In this document: one piece after another, positions 49,386-63,917 of the stretch
How positions within the stretch are numbered: position 1 is the first letter of the stretch
How the letters are laid out: every line of letters begins with the position of its first letter
Assembly: GCA_013239625.1 (NCBI GenBank)
Contig: MU053472.1
Coordinates: forward strand, 2,639,822 to 2,703,821
DNA length: 64,000 bases
Reading direction: 5' to 3'
From: Lama guanicoe
Taxonomy: Eukaryota
The notes under the pieces: generated by a model
Database searches by the model: none
Told to the model about the DNA's origin: nothing
Seen by the model: the letters and a program-made list of their open reading frames with translations, nothing else
Position numbers and translations under genes: made by a program

Positions 49386-49832
49386 CAGTCTCCAAATAAG
49401 TTACATTCAGCTAGTCAAGCTCTGGATTGACTCTTTTGAACCAGTGCCATCATAATACGTGGGCTCAGTTTGGCAATCAAAACTGTGTCACATGGTACGT
49501 GAATATAGATTATACAATGGTTATTATATTTCAAGTCACTTAGTCTCTTAAACCATTCTGAATTTGAAGCACTATCATTTGGGAATCCAGTGAATCTGAC
49601 GATCTCCCAGCATTCTGTTATGTGTTACTTCATAAGTTCACCAAGATGCAGTCCATCTTGGTTCTGCATCCATGGTTCTGCATCCATAGTTCAGCTTAGA
49701 AATGTTTGTGTCCTTTGGGAGAGTTCTCAAATGCCTAATTCCACAGGCATGTAGAAATACAGTATCACCTATGTATTTGAGGAACAGGAAAGAAAGAAGT
49801 TTGTAGATGAATGGAACTTCTTATCTTTCTAG

Positions 49833-49934
49833 AGTTACGGAGTGGCTGCCAGCAAGAGACAGTGTTCAGATGCGTATGATATTTGTTCAGTATGTCAAGC
49901 TGAATTTCAAAAGCCAATTCTTCTCATCTGTCAG
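49833..49934 (+). CDS. RNFT1: RNFT1 exon 8 (first half of RING)
   Basis: SYGVAASKRQCSDAYDICSVCQAEFQKPILLICQ; tag|...|gtaact; 102 nt. Confidence 0.96.
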
Positions 49935-50603
49935 GTAACTGTATTTTTAAGCAACCTGAACACACTTCTCTGTGGTTTTCAAAAGTCCCACACATAACTC
50001 GCATTTATGTTAGCTGTAAGGAAAAAATAATCTTCACTGCAGAAAGTAGCATTTCAGGACACACACTTGTAATTTCTTACTGGGATTACGGGTTTGGTAG
50101 ATTAGACAAGATTAAATCTTGTCCCTTATATTCTAATGATTTTGATGTAGAAGACTGAAGGGGACAAATAATTCCAATGGCAGATTGGATGCCAAAGTGA
50201 TTGGAGTACAGACCATTTTAATAATTGAATACTGGTCTTTTAGAATAAAAGGCCAGCGTTTGTTACTGAATTGTCTAAGGCCCTTTCCTGTACTTTATTC
50301 CAGGAACTCTCAAAGACTTTATTATAAAGCTGTTAAGTCACACTTGATCTTATATCACCTAAAGGTAGCTTAAATTTTATTAAAAGTGGTTAAAATGGAT
50401 AAAAGAGTCAAAAGAATGCTAGTGGTTCCACCACTAAGCCCGCTGTGTGTTCCTGAACGTTGCTTATGTTTTCTCATTTGTAAAATGGAGGGATCAGTGT
50501 TGTCCACAACCCTTTGAGCTCTAGAGTATGATTCTCTACAGTGTGGTGAGTTTAAGATTAAAATGTTATCAACTATAAAATCTAGTTCTTAATTCCCTTG
50601 CAG

Positions 50604-50738
50604 CATGTATTTTGTGAAGAGTGCATTACCTTATGGCTTAACAGAGAGAAAAGATGTCCGTTGTGCAGAACTGTGATTTCAGACCACGTATACAAATGGC
50701 AAGATGGAGCCACTTCATCACAGCTTCAGATATATTAA
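50604..50738 (+). CDS. RNFT1: RNFT1 exon 9 coding part (second half of C3HC4 RING, stop TAA)
   Basis: HVFCEECITLWLNREKRCPLCRTVISDHVYKWQDGATSSQLQIY*. Summed CDS is 1197 nt, giving 398 aa with all phases consistent. Confidence 0.96.
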   Translation, partial: HVFCEECITLWLNREKRCPLCRTVISDHVYKWQDGATSSQLQIY

Positions 50739-51510
50739 GTTCTCAACTTAATATTAAAGCCACAAAACACTATAATTTCATTTGGTTTCAGTGACTATTG
50801 ACAAAGACATTAGAATGGGTTTTCAGGGCTAGAAGTTAAGGAAAATGTTTCCAAATCATTTTAGAGTATTATAGTAAGACATAAGTGTGTAGTCCAATTT
50901 ATCAAAGATTAAATGAAAAGAATGCTATATTTAAATATATATATGTAATGTTCAACCTAATGCATATGCAACATTTATTCTATCCTAATTATCTGACAGA
51001 TGATTGCAGTGTTAAAATTGTAAATGTGTTTTCTTGTTAATGTTACCAAAATAACAATTGCATAACTAGAACTAGTGGTTTTAGAAGAATTTGGGTATTC
51101 TTTCCTGACATTGTTTTTAGAATAAAAAAATATTTTTCACAATATTTTAAAGTACACATTACCCGAAAGTAGAATTTTCTTTATCATTGACTTTTATAAT
51201 TCCCACTCAAAAAATTCTCAACTTTTTCATAAAATTTGTATTTTTAAATGAAAGTTCTAAATGCTATATTTTACTTGTAACAATTGTATTTTCTAAGGAG
51301 GATCAATGTACTGAGGATGAACTATTTTAATACTGTATTTCCTGTAATATGATTAGCAGTCATTGAGAACAGGTGATTTAAATTCCTATTGTTTGTGAAC
51401 ATCATACATACTGTCCTGCTGTCAGCTTTAATGTTCATGATCTTGCTTTTTTGTATAGTGCCATGGACTGTATTGAAGTAACTATTAAAATAATTCACAT
51501 GGATTGTAAA
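50739..51510 (+). other. RNFT1: RNFT1 3'UTR (end approximate)
   Basis: AT-rich. Candidate poly(A) signals AATAAA at 51121-51126 and ATTAAA at 51484-51489. Confidence 0.6.
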
Positions 51511-53029
51511 CAGCTGGCTTCACTGATGACTTGAATAGGTGACAAGACCAACTCAAACTCTTAGAAGAGTTTTGGTAATCACCATTACTTGGGAGATGAA
51601 AGCTTGAACTCAGGCAACCAGAATCGTGTGGATAGTGTGGTATGCCTCTCGGTATTTGTACAGGGTGGGAAAAGGAGTGGAGCACTTTCTCCCCTTGAAA
51701 CCTCTAAGCGGGGAATCAAGATCTGTAACAGAAGTGTTAACGGCTGGTTATTATCCACATTTAGAGTCAAAGGCCTCTGCGCAGTTTCTCTTCTACCATC
51801 TATCAGTTTTTCTACAAGAAAAAGATGGTAGTGGGAAGAAGTTAGGAGGCAGAGGTAGAAAACAAATTTGCAGTGCTGATACAAAGGCTAAACCAACATA
51901 CAGATTAAAAAGGATAGTGACCAGCCAGCTACAAGTTAAATCACTTTCATGAATTATGGCCACACAAATTGACAAAAGAACATTAGAAGGCCTGTCACTT
52001 TTTCTTCCCAGGTAAATATTGCTAGGTTGTAAGTACAACTGTGTCTGGGTTTTTTTGTTTTTAAAGTAATGATATACTTAACTCTACTACCTACGAGAAC
52101 TACTGCAAGAACATGTTTACTTGGCTTTAAATCACCTTCCTGACTTTGTGGTGAAGCTAATAGTTGTTTTTTAGGTATACAACAGGGGATAAGAAAGGCA
52201 ATTTGGGACTCAAATTTGGGTATGAAAGATGGACATGCTGACTCCTTGATTAAAAAATAGCACCTTACTACATGCGTGATTTCAGCCCTGTTAACAATAC
52301 CTACTCACTATATGGCCGTATGGATAACTTTGTTTCTGAATATGACTTAATAACAAAGGAGGTCTGTGGTGGACAGTGAGGGGGGTTGCTCTTTTTTAAC
52401 AAAGGAGAAAGCAGCTCACATATGAATTTAAAAGGAGGGAAATGTAATAGGAAAGCTATGCCATTGACTAACAGTGTTGATGAACTAGAAGCAGTCCCTC
52501 TTATTCCTTCACCTCAAAAACAGGAATAGGGATTCAAAAACCCATTTATTCTGTGAATTCAGATCGTATCTTCTGATTGATTTATTAACATTGAGTCACT
52601 ACTATGTTTTAGAAAAAAGTCAGTTTGAGAACTTCTACAGAGAAATCATCTTGGCAAGTGTGACGGAATTACCTAAGTGGTTTATACAAAACAAACATGT
52701 TAGATATATTGAGACATTAGTTAAAAGCAGATTTGTGCACTACATTATTTTGTGCATACACATCAAATAAATATTGTTGACCAGTGTGGCTGAAAAAACT
52801 GCTGAGTGCTCCTACAAGAAAGTCTTCCAGTGTTTTTATGTGAAGCTGGCTTTCACCGTAACTTTTCAAATGAATATTTTTTTCAGCAACCAATTTAATT
52901 CTATTTGACAGAACTTGGAAATCACAGATGTTTAACAACTAATATATAAAACCAGTACTAAAAGTTACAATATATTTAAGTATCTTCAATTTCTCAACAG
53001 AGAAATTTTTTTCATTTACATATATACAT

Positions 53030-56000
53030 TCTTCATATATATATAAAATTTATTAAACATGAGAGCCTGAACACATCTGTCATGTTAGTGGAAAAAACTG
53101 AAACCATTTGTGCATCTGTTAGTTATTTCTTCCTATCTTAGGATAATGATAAAAAAAAATCACTTCTATTTTATGTTCATTCAAATTTGTATTTAATTTC
53201 TATTTACATTCGTTCAATCTGAAATCAAATTCTTAATACAGTAAACTAAATACAAGATGAAAAGCAGAAAAGGTGTTACCCTCAAAGCACTCCTAATAAG
53301 GCAGCTGAAGAATTTATTTACTCTGATAGATGCAAAGCCAACTTGGGATAGGAAAAAAATAATAAAGAGCAAACACAGATGAACCCATCTTTCAAATGTT
53401 ACTTCGGATAATCCACTGAGATAATACTTGTGCTGTAGTGGTAAGTGAAGAATCACACATGAAGAATTTTGTATCAGTCAGCAACAGACCACAGGTCATG
53501 GTGTGACAAATACTTTTATGATTGTTTTGTCCAGCTTGCTAGTGTCTACTCCTATGAAAAAAGGCAAATGTTTGGACATTGATGTTTTTATTTGAGAAAT
53601 TAACCATTTTCAGAGCCTCAAAATCCATTCTTCATAAATTCAACATTTCTCATGAGAATACTCTTAGATCTAGCCCTTATTAGCAAGGAACCATATGACT
53701 AACTGAGTAACCAAAATAATTAAGTCCTATATTAAGTGTAAAATCCAAGGCTTGGGAATATTAATACTATTGAAGATGCAGCATGTTAACAATCATTTAT
53801 TTCTTAAAGAATGCTGAATTTATGGAGTATCATACATGCATTCTTCTCCCCCAATTATCTCTGTCTTAAAAAATAGTATGGAAAAATCCTTCTGAAGGAT
53901 TCAAATTAGTTAAAGGGGAAAAAGAAATAACATGTTTCCTAAAAATCTGGTTCAAATTCAATAATTAATACTTTACATTGTTAATCACAGCTGGTTTATA
54001 AATCCCAGTTTATTCCGTAATGCTACAAACCTTATAAAATCAAAATTAGTAAACTTTAGTTCTCAGTGATTATATTTTAATTAAAAAACAGCATGTATAA
54101 AATTAAAAAATATCCTGTAATAGCTGATTTTAAAGAAAATAATCAAATGATGAAAGGAAAACACTTAAATCTCTTTTATACACTTACCTGGAATAATCAC
54201 AAAGAACCCTCCTAGAAACTCAAGACTAGTATTACTGACATATATTTTAGACTATGCTGGGGTTTTTACAAATAAATATAGGGTAAGCCGTATTGCATAG
54301 GTGTGTGCTGTCTGTGACACTAAAGTGGCACTTCACATGTTTTCACAGTCATAGTAGGGATGTCCATTTATGGAACACAATTTCTCAATAAACTTGCCAC
54401 CATATAGGAAATTAATTTCACTTAATGTTAAGCTTGAAATACTATTTGTGTGGATGGCAGGTGTGCAATCAATGCTTTTTATGCTGAAAAGTTACAGTGT
54501 TTGCCACTATTGCTGGCAGGACTAATCATGAAAATAGTTTAACTCTGAGGTGGTTAAAGCCAGCCAATCACAGCGCAAGTATTACTAGCAAGCAGGGCTG
54601 AGGAGGAATATTCTGGTGTAAGAATGTCACTGTAATTTGGTCAGGCAGTCAACACCACAGTTAGTAAACATTTGAAAAGAACCATCAGAGTGGTACAAGC
54701 CATTGACAGTGTGAAATTAAAGCCGGTACTTATCACCACAGTTTTCTGGGTTCTGTTTTTTCACACAAGTACAATTTCTGCCCTTATCATTATCGTCGCT
54801 CCTAATGTACTAGCTACAGCTACACAGTTCTCAGTAGGCTGCTGCAGTAAGGGAAGGGGGGGTCTAGAGGGAGTGATTAAAAAAACAAAAAGCTTTCTGT
54901 CCAGAGATGAACTGTTAGTCAATTCTTTCATTTATTGCCACAATTGAAAAGGGTGTATTTCCAATCATTTTTCATGGTCCTATTTTTGCTTAATGTCAGG
55001 ATTTCATCTCATCTCTTGAACTGTCATTTAAATAAGCAAAGCTTTGCTCTTTTCTGACTGAATTCAGCATGCATAAAGAATTTTATGGCTTGGATCCTAT
55101 GGCTCAAAAAAGTTTGGAGAACATAGCAAGCAGCATCTATTTAAAAAAAATCGTAGGGTTGCAAAATATTACAAATTGACTTTGCACAAACTGAAGACTT
55201 TATAAAAGACAAACAAAAAGAGGTGATAAGACTCAGCTGCAACTGCATGATCACCTATTTTACCAGTTTGCACTGAAATACATTTTTATAAAGCTCTGCA
55301 GATATTAAACCCTTTCACCAGCTAAAGTCATGGAAATGCTCTCTTTAAGGCAGGAAGTATTTAAGAAAGGTAAAGTTACCTTTATTTTTATTCTTTGTAC
55401 CTGTAAATCACTTATGTAGACTTTGTTACAATTCCAAAAACATGGTATCTCGTTAACATGTATCCTAAATAAAGCCACTAAGTTTTCTTATTCACTGTGG
55501 AAGACATTCATCAGAAGGCCATCAAATATTTTTACAATCAAAAAATGTAGCCCCAATATAGGAGAAAAAAATACCCTTTTTCCTTTTTAAACTGTTAAGG
55601 AAAAAAAAAAACATAAGGAAGGCAGACAGCAAAAAACAGTACAAAGAAGTAAAATGTAAAACCTCAACATTTGCTGTAAAGAGATCAGACACAGAGAGTG
55701 GACCAAGGCAACACCCTCTTCCCCTGGATCTCCCTCCTATTTCCCTCACTTTGCCGCCATCAATATGCATTTTATCCTGACTCTCTTCCGTCCTTCTTCA
55801 GCCACAGGCTGAACACATTTGACGTCTTGAACCAAATACTGGTATAAGAACAGGTGGTGGTATTTTTCCAGTGCAATGCAGGCCCAGGACAAGGATGAAA
55901 TGTAGGACACACAACTTATGCCCATTCCAAGGCTTCCAGTTAAGCTTAGCACATAGCAGTACTGCAAGTAGAAATGATTAAATAGATTTTTTTTTTTCTC

Positions 56001-56750
56001 TAGTATCACAGACAGGTATTGCAGCTGGGTTACTGAAAATAAACCCCAAGTCTACCCCCAGTCCCTCAAACGAGCCACAGCTGTGGTTAACAATGATTCA
56101 TTTGCATTTTTATTATTTCACCAAGAGAAGAAACAGAAGTTGTCTGGCTTTCTTCACACCAACCAATAATTTTGCATTTTAAAGTTTGGGATGTTTTCCA
56201 TGATGAGCTGAATCAAAAATCTATTTGAAAAATATATATTTATATAAAAAAAAGATTCAGGTTGTTTGCACGTAAAACATCAATCGATAAGTTTCTTTCG
56301 TCTTTGATTCCATGTTGCTGGAACGAGTTTGACCAAGCTTGCATGCTAATTTGTCCTTAGTTGCAAGTATGACAGGCAGTTTCATACTTTGCCTAATGAA
56401 AGGATAACCCTTCTTCGACACAATCAGAACTCAACAGTGATTCAGAAGCAACATCCTACCCTTAATACTGTCCGTTTTGAGCCATCGATTTGAAAATCCT
56501 TGATAAGGTTGAGAAGATGTCGCTAGGAATCAATTAATTGATGTGCCTAAAGAGTTCCACAATACTATTTTCGCATAAGTTTTTTGCACCATTGATTGAT
56601 TTTTTTTTAATCCATGTTTTTTCCTCTGTCCACAGAGTTCTATGTAATGACACTGACTCTTCGAGACCATCCCTTTGAGTCTTCTTGCAGGATGTGCACA
56701 CATCCCCTCCTCACCGTTTTTCCCTTAAATCCATTGAAAGCTTTGCTCTG
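53030..56750 (-). other. RPS6KB1: RPS6KB1 long 3'UTR (distal end approximate)
   Basis: About 3.7 kb of apparently repeat-free AU-rich sequence after the stop. Minus-strand AATAAA at 55381, 54931, 54009, 53796, 53313 and 53049. Confidence 0.65.
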
Positions 56751-56988
56751 TCATAGATTCATACGCAGGTGCTCTGGTCTCTTGGAGATCATAGGAAAAG
56801 CTTGTTTTTTGTACGGCCCAGAGTTCGGCTGTCGTATTGGAAGTGGCGCTGAAGCTTCGCCACTCATCGTCACATCCATCTGCTCTACTCCACTTGTTTC
56901 CATTGGGTATTCCACAGGTGTCTGAGGGTTTGCCGTGCTGGCCGAAGCACCTCTTCCCCAGAAATCCCCAGGAGAAAATTTGACTGGG
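56751..56988 (-). CDS. RPS6KB1: RPS6KB1 (p70 S6 kinase 1) last coding exon
   Basis: (S)PVKFSPGDFWGRGASASTANPQTPVEYPMETSGVEQMDVTMSGEASAPLPIRQPNSGPYKKQAFPMISKRPEHLRMNL*. Confidence 0.97.
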
Positions 56989-57299
56989 CTTTAAGACAAG
57001 GAAGAGCTATCATTCATTTGTCTCAAGTAGTATCTCAATAAGAAACATTTCCCTTATATTCAGAGGGCGTAGGGTAATAAGTTTTTTTTTTCATTTGATT
57101 TTATTTTCGCGTGGACTGGCACAAAGGGAATAGCTGAGCCATCTCTCCCTTGGACTGCTAGTGTCCTAAGTGGTCTCTTTCCCTCTATACTTGCCCCCAT
57201 AAACCTTCAATGATACTTATTTTGGAAAAAAAAATGATTTTATTCCACACTTAGAACAGCTTCTTACTGCATTTAAAATAAAATATTTCTCCAAACTTG

Positions 57300-57735
57300 T
57301 GCCATTCTTCCCCTCACCTACCACACTTCAGGAATGCAGAGCTCCCTTTCATTTCCAAGAAAAGGCCCAGTTTTTTCCTCCCTCAGGGCTTCTGCATGAG
57401 CTGTTCCCTTCCCTGTGACACCCCTGTACGTCTGTCTTTTGTATGGCTAGCTCCTTCTCTTCATTCTTAGATGCTGCTTCATCAGGGAGGCCTTTCTCTG
57501 ACCATCATGAATAGGAGTCCCCTTGGTTTTATTTCCTCTCTACCACCACACTTTTTCTTTTATATATATATAAAGCATTCGGCCCTACTTGTAATTACAG
57601 ACTTTTTGTATTTCCTTCTTTGTTTATTTTGAATCTCACTAAATTGTAAGCTCCATCAGGACAAGGATGGTTCCTGCCTTAATCATGTGTCCCCAGCATG
57701 CAGGACAACCCCTGGTACACAGTAAATGTTGACTG
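57300..57735 (+). mobile_element. L2 3' fragment
   Basis: cctcagggcttctgcatgagctgttccct...cagggaggcctttctctgacc...tgtaagctccatcaggacaagga...cctggtacacagtaaatg. Confidence 0.7.
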
Positions 57736-57977
57736 AGAGGTTAAAGGGGACACTTGCAAGGGCAGGAGATTACTTCCAGGAGGGAAGGTAAATGATTCAG
57801 CGTGTCATCACCGCTTGGGCACAGACTAGGCACTTGCAGTCTAACGTGGTACTGATGCTGTGCACATGTCAGCCGAAGAGAATGAAGGATCTTTAATCTC
57901 TGTCAGCTGGCATATGTTTCTTAAGCAATGCACTTCTAGGTTAAAAAAAAAAAGTGAGAATAACAAAGTTTGAATAC

Positions 57978-58090
57978 CTGACAGGTGTTCGTGGGCTGCC
58001 AATAAATCTTCGAGGTGACCGGATTTTTGGTTCAAAGGAAAACTTTTCTTTCACACTTTCAAGTACAGATGGAGCCACATATGTAAAACC
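57978..58090 (-). CDS. RPS6KB1: RPS6KB1 penultimate exon (hydrophobic-motif Thr and autoinhibitory segment)
   Basis: GFTYVAPSVLESVKEKFSFEPKIRSPRRFIGSPRTPV(S); 113 nt; AG/GT boundaries. Confidence 0.97.
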
Positions 58091-58507
58091 CTAAAAGACA
58101 GTAACAGTGGGCTACAGAATGGTATTTTGTTACATATATCAAGAAAATGTGGTTGTTCAGTCTCTGACGCACCAACACAGTGATGCACACCTACAATCAC
58201 CAAGCCGGATACTCTCCCATCTCCTCGACCTCATTTCACAGTTCTTAACTTCCTCCCAGCCATTTCTTGAGCATATACCTCAAGAAAGCAGAATACTATT
58301 ACGCCCCACATACCAATGAACAAAATTTCACTCCACTGAAAGGAGTAGAACAAAACAGGAAAATGCAGGCTCTACATTAAGATCTTAAATACAAAGATAA
58401 ATGCAAAGAAAATTCTAGCGTTTCTAGCGATGTGTATATAAGCAACTAAGATTATCACACCCAAAATAGTTTCTCAATATTAGGCCAAAGTAAAAATACA
58501 ATTCTTG

Positions 58508-58608
58508 GGCAGAGGGAAGTAGCTCGGTGGTAGAGCACATGCTTAGCATGCACAAGGTCCTAGGTTCAACCCAGCACCTCCATTAAAAAAAAAAAGCAAA
58601 ACCAAAAA
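58508..58608 (+). mobile_element. tRNA-Ala-derived SINE (Vic-1 type)
   Basis: gtagctcggtggtagagcacatgcttagcatgcacaaggtcctaggttcaa...cacctcca followed by poly-A. Confidence 0.85.
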
Positions 58609-60549
58609 TGACTCTCTCACGTGATCTTTCTGGCCAAGGACTGGATAGATTTGGTAATTTCCTGATGAATAAGCGTCAGCATTGTGAAAACCCTTGATTG
58701 TAAGTGGCAAAACGCAGCTTTGTTAGCTTTAGTTCTTTCTGGGACCTTGCTGTTAGGCTACCAGCTATCATTTATCTTGCTGTCAGTGTTCATCCCTTTA
58801 ACAATCAGCCCTCCACCTGTCTTCCCTTCTGTTTGTTATTCTAGTCACCTATGAGTAGGCATTTGAGTTACAGTAAAAAGACTCCATAAGGCTCTGGGTG
58901 AAGTCCTAAAGAGCGAGGTGCAATTCGGTACAGCATACGTTTTATGACAGCTACCGCTACACGTGGACTTCCGAGGCCATTTACCCACACACTCTAGTGG
59001 GCCAAAGCTGTAACTACCAAGATGACCAGACTGTGCCTTAATGACCATTGAATTTCCTTTAATTCTGTGATAGGAATTAAAATATTAGTTGAACTGAAGT
59101 TGCTACAGCCACAGTCTCCAGATAAGTGAGATGTTACTGTTTTAAATTTTAAAAGAGATCCACTTCATATACAGAATTCTGGCTACAACCTAAAAAATTG
59201 TTCTTACGTTCATTAGTTGGCCAATATACGTAATTACGGAAAGCTCAATAGTACTTGAACTGGAATGAAAATAACTTTTGCCATCACAACTTTGGATTTC
59301 CTTGAAGCAAGGTAAGATGTTTCTAGACTTTTTTTTATGGGGGAAAAACTGTCAGTTAAAACTCTGTGATGCTCAACTAAGGAAAAGGTCTGGATGTTAA
59401 ATCAAAGGTGTAAATCCCACATTAGTAGAAAACAAAATCCCACATCATGAGGGAAAAAAAGAAAGCAATGCTAGAATTAAAATGAATCATGCCTACTTCC
59501 CTCACTGATGGGAGATTTTACTAATAAGCAGGACACAGTGACTTTGCATCATGTAGACATAAAGTTAACGTGCAGTCTTTCACTTATGTAATTAAAAATA
59601 CTATAAAATTGTATTTTACATGTATGTTCTTTTATCACTAAATGATCATACATTTAAAGAATTATTACTATTCAACATTGTTTACTCAGAAAACATACTG
59701 TACTATGGTGATTTAAAAGTAACTTTGCCCATACACAATTTTTGCATTCCATGCTAACTTTAGAACTTACCCTCCACCCCAAAAGATACAACATTACTGT
59801 GTGGTATACTATGAGCAGTATTAAAAAAAAAAAAAAGTTTGAGAATTAAGTTAGTGACAAATCCAGCGAACTCAGAAACAAAGGGGGGGGGAACCAACTT
59901 CAAAATGATTACTTTCTCCATATTCTGTTCTCCCTAGAGGTAGTCCAAAAAGAAATGACAAAGGAAACAAATGATGTAAAATAAGGTAGGTATTCATGTA
60001 ACATGTAAATATAGTAATAAAATAAGCATTAGGCAAAATATAAATCTATCATTTCTGCGGATCAAGATTTAAAAGCTTTGTTTTTCTACCTGAGGAAATA
60101 CAGATACGTCCTCATTGGGATTAATTTACTCAGTATCTCACATAAACCAATATATTTTGATGTCAAATATTCAGTCAACATGGTAAAACTCCCCTAGAGA
60201 CTTATGTTAAAAGAAGCAAGTATCTGTAGCTGTTTCAGGAATAAAATAGTTACTGTGAGCTCTTCTATTGCGACGGCTGTGTGGCTTTCAGTTAAGGTGC
60301 TGAGCCAAATATTTTAAGTCAGTGGCCCATTCAAAAATGGAATCACATACTCTGACTAATTGCTAAAATGGAACGTTGAATTATATGACTCAATTTTCTA
60401 ACTTATCTATAAGTTAAAAGGAGACAACTTGAAAAAAATAGCACCTCAGGTTATCTACGTGAAATGCAAAGCAAGCAAATTGTAATCTTCTCACTGAAAA
60501 TGGTGTTTCTTTCTAGGGCCTGTCCTCATACTTAAATTTGCCACGGCTA

Positions 60550-60696
<147 letters not shown>

Positions 60697-61614
60697 TTAG
60701 AAAATGATGAATAGACTGTATTACACATATCAATTAAATGCATTATGTGCATCAAAGAAAGCTCTAGATAAAGCTCTTTTCTCAGGGTTTGACTGCAATA
60801 AAATATCAGAATAGCCTTAGACACAGACCAAAGAAAAAATACAGGTGGGAAGTATCAGATGTCAAATTACATCATCAAATTTTAAACATATGTTAAAATA
60901 GATTTTAGTACACAGTTATTATTTCTATTAAAAGTCTATCAGTCTTTCTCTCAGTATGCCTAGCCCACTGTCTAAATTCCCTTTTAGAGATAATTTGCTC
61001 AGTTGGCCAATTCGTATTAAACCTGAAAAACTACTGAAGCAGAGTTTAAACAAAAAGCACATTTGTAAGATGGTCTAGTTAAAGCTGCTTCCTATAGCTT
61101 ATTTCATTTCTTTAATTTTTTCAAGGAACAAAAATAATATTCTACTCTGTATGAGTATACTTTCTTGTGAAGGAATGTTATCACCTAAATCTAACCACCA
61201 GATCTTTTTCTTTAATTTCTTCTCTCTGGTACATCATCTGGTACAGACTATGTGGTTGTGTCAAAAGAACTCAGGAACCAACATGAAGAAGCACCCAGTG
61301 TCTAAAGATGAGAAAAACTGAACGTCAATAAAAATAATTGCAATGGATTGAAACACAAATATGTTAAAAGGCATGAATTCATAATTACACTTTTATTTTA
61401 AAAAATCAATTTTGGAGGATGGTTGGGAACTAATTCATTACTTTGAAAACTGGGAAGGAAACATTTATCCTGCATTTTCTGCGTGAACTGCACCTCAGGT
61501 AACCAAACGACTGATGTAAAAGTATCTTTTTATAGAGGAATTCTACCTAATAAATGAATAACTGTATTAGAATAAGACAATTTTGCAAACCCTTGATGAA
61601 ATCTTGGAACTAGG

Positions 61615-61802
61615 CTACAGATTCTCAACCTAAGCACTACTGACATTTTGGGCCTGATGATTCCTGTAAGGGGCTGTTCTGTACACTACAGGATGTTTGC
61701 AGCATCTCAGGCCTCTACCCCTAAGTACCAGTAGCACCCCCTCTCTAAGTTCTGACGCTTGACTCTGACATTGCCAAGTCAACCCGGGCTGAGAACCACT
61801 GA
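61615..61802. mobile_element. MER20-like hAT-Charlie MITE within an old L1MC 3' remnant
   Basis: ttctcaacc...gcactactgacattttgggcctgatgattc...ggggctgttctgtacactacaggatgttt...gacattgcca...tgagaaccactg. Confidence 0.75.
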
Positions 61803-62455
61803 TACAGGCAATGATCAATGACTGCTAACATCATGAAAAGAAATACAAGTACACATATAGCACCAAAAGTTTAATCTGAATCAGAACAAGCATCTAAATC
61901 TAAACTATCAGTGTTCAGAAATATGAGGAACAGATGAAGACGGATAAGGACATCATGGGGTTAAAATCTGCAAAACAAAAATGTGAGGAACACTATGGGA
62001 CAAGTGGTCCAGTTTCTTCAGTAAGTCCTCAAAGGAAGAACTGAGAGGGGATATCTGCAGATGGAGAGATCTAAGAGACGTAATAACCAATCTGTATAGA
62101 TTTGACTGAATCTTTACTGAAACAAAACAAAAGCAAAGAAAAAGGAAACAACGGGGAAATGGTCAGCTTTTTAGTTGTGTTGACAGCATGATGGTTACGC
62201 TTATGTTTAAACAAGATGACTTAATAATTTTTTGAAGCTGGGCACCTGGTACATGAGGGTTAATTATCCTTACAGGTATGTATGTTGAAATTTTAAAGCA
62301 AGTCATCTTGTGCTCCAGGACCAAATCATCATCATCATTATCCCATTCCTTCTCCTCTACTGTCATCCCAAGAAATAGAAAAAGAAACAGTATTTTCTCA
62401 AATTCTGAGATGGGAGAAAGACAGGAATTAATACTCATTTATGCATAAACATATT

Positions 62456-62886
62456 GCTGTGGTTTGAATTGTGTCCCCCCAACATATATACGACAACGTT
62501 CTAACCCCCAGTACCTCAGAATGTGACCTTATTTGGAATGAGGGTCATTACAGATTTAATTAGTTAAGGTGAGGTCACACCAGAATAGAGACGGAGCCTA
62601 ATTCAATGTGACTAGTGTCCTAATAAAAAAAGGGAAATCTGGACACAGATCTACACACAAGGAGAATGCCACGTGAACATGGAGGCAGAGACAGGGCGAT
62701 GTGCCTATAAGCCAAGGAATGCCAAAGACTGCCAGCAAAGGCAGGGGGAGAGGCGTCAGTCTTCTCTCTCTCAGCCCTCAGAGGGAACCAAGCCTGCCAG
62801 CACCCTGACCCCAGACTTCTAGCCTCCGTAACTGTGACATAATGAATTTCTGTTGTTCAAGCCACCTAGTTTGACACCTTGTTACA
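62456..62886. mobile_element. MLT1-type MaLR solo LTR
   Basis: tgtggtttgaattgtgtcccc...cctcagaatgtgaccttatttggaa...aagccaaggaatgcc...gacttctagcctcc...ttgttaca. Confidence 0.85.
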
Positions 62887-63159
62887 GTAAAGTGAATTTA
62901 AAATAGGGTCAGGTAAGCAAAAAAAAAAAAAAAACCCACCAAAATTCCAACTACTTGGAGTATTTCAATATCCTAGGCAACCAACCCAAAAACAGTTTAT
63001 ATAGCCAGCCATCAATTGCTGCAGGCAGTAGTTCTTGAAAAGACTGCACAGAATCAAAATTCTGAAGAAAAGAAGGACAGACCAAAGTTTTTTGAACTGT
63101 TAATGTTTCTGGCCGCTCAGAGATTTTTATTCTAAAAAAGTACCAGGCCCCTCAAGTTA

Positions 63160-63384
<225 letters not shown>

Positions 63385-63403
63385 TCACAAGTACATAAAG
63401 TTA

Positions 63404-63583
<180 letters not shown>

Positions 63584-63800
63584 TTAGCTATTTTTCCTTG
63601 AGAACATATGATTTATTAATTACAACTAAATATTGTTTGGGAATTTAAAGAAAAAAGGAAATAAATTTGTACTCTGCCTGCAAAAAAAATTTTTGTAAGC
63701 TTTTTTTTGTTCAACATCTGTATGAGTCTATATTCAAAAATGAACATTCAGTTCTATTTAAATCCTAATAGTTGAGGCTTATGGTTGAGTGCCTATTTTA

Positions 63801-63917
<117 letters not shown>

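Noticed and set aside
49659..49686. 14-bp direct repeat TGGTTCTGCATCCA x2
   Set aside because: Trivial slippage duplication in an intron.
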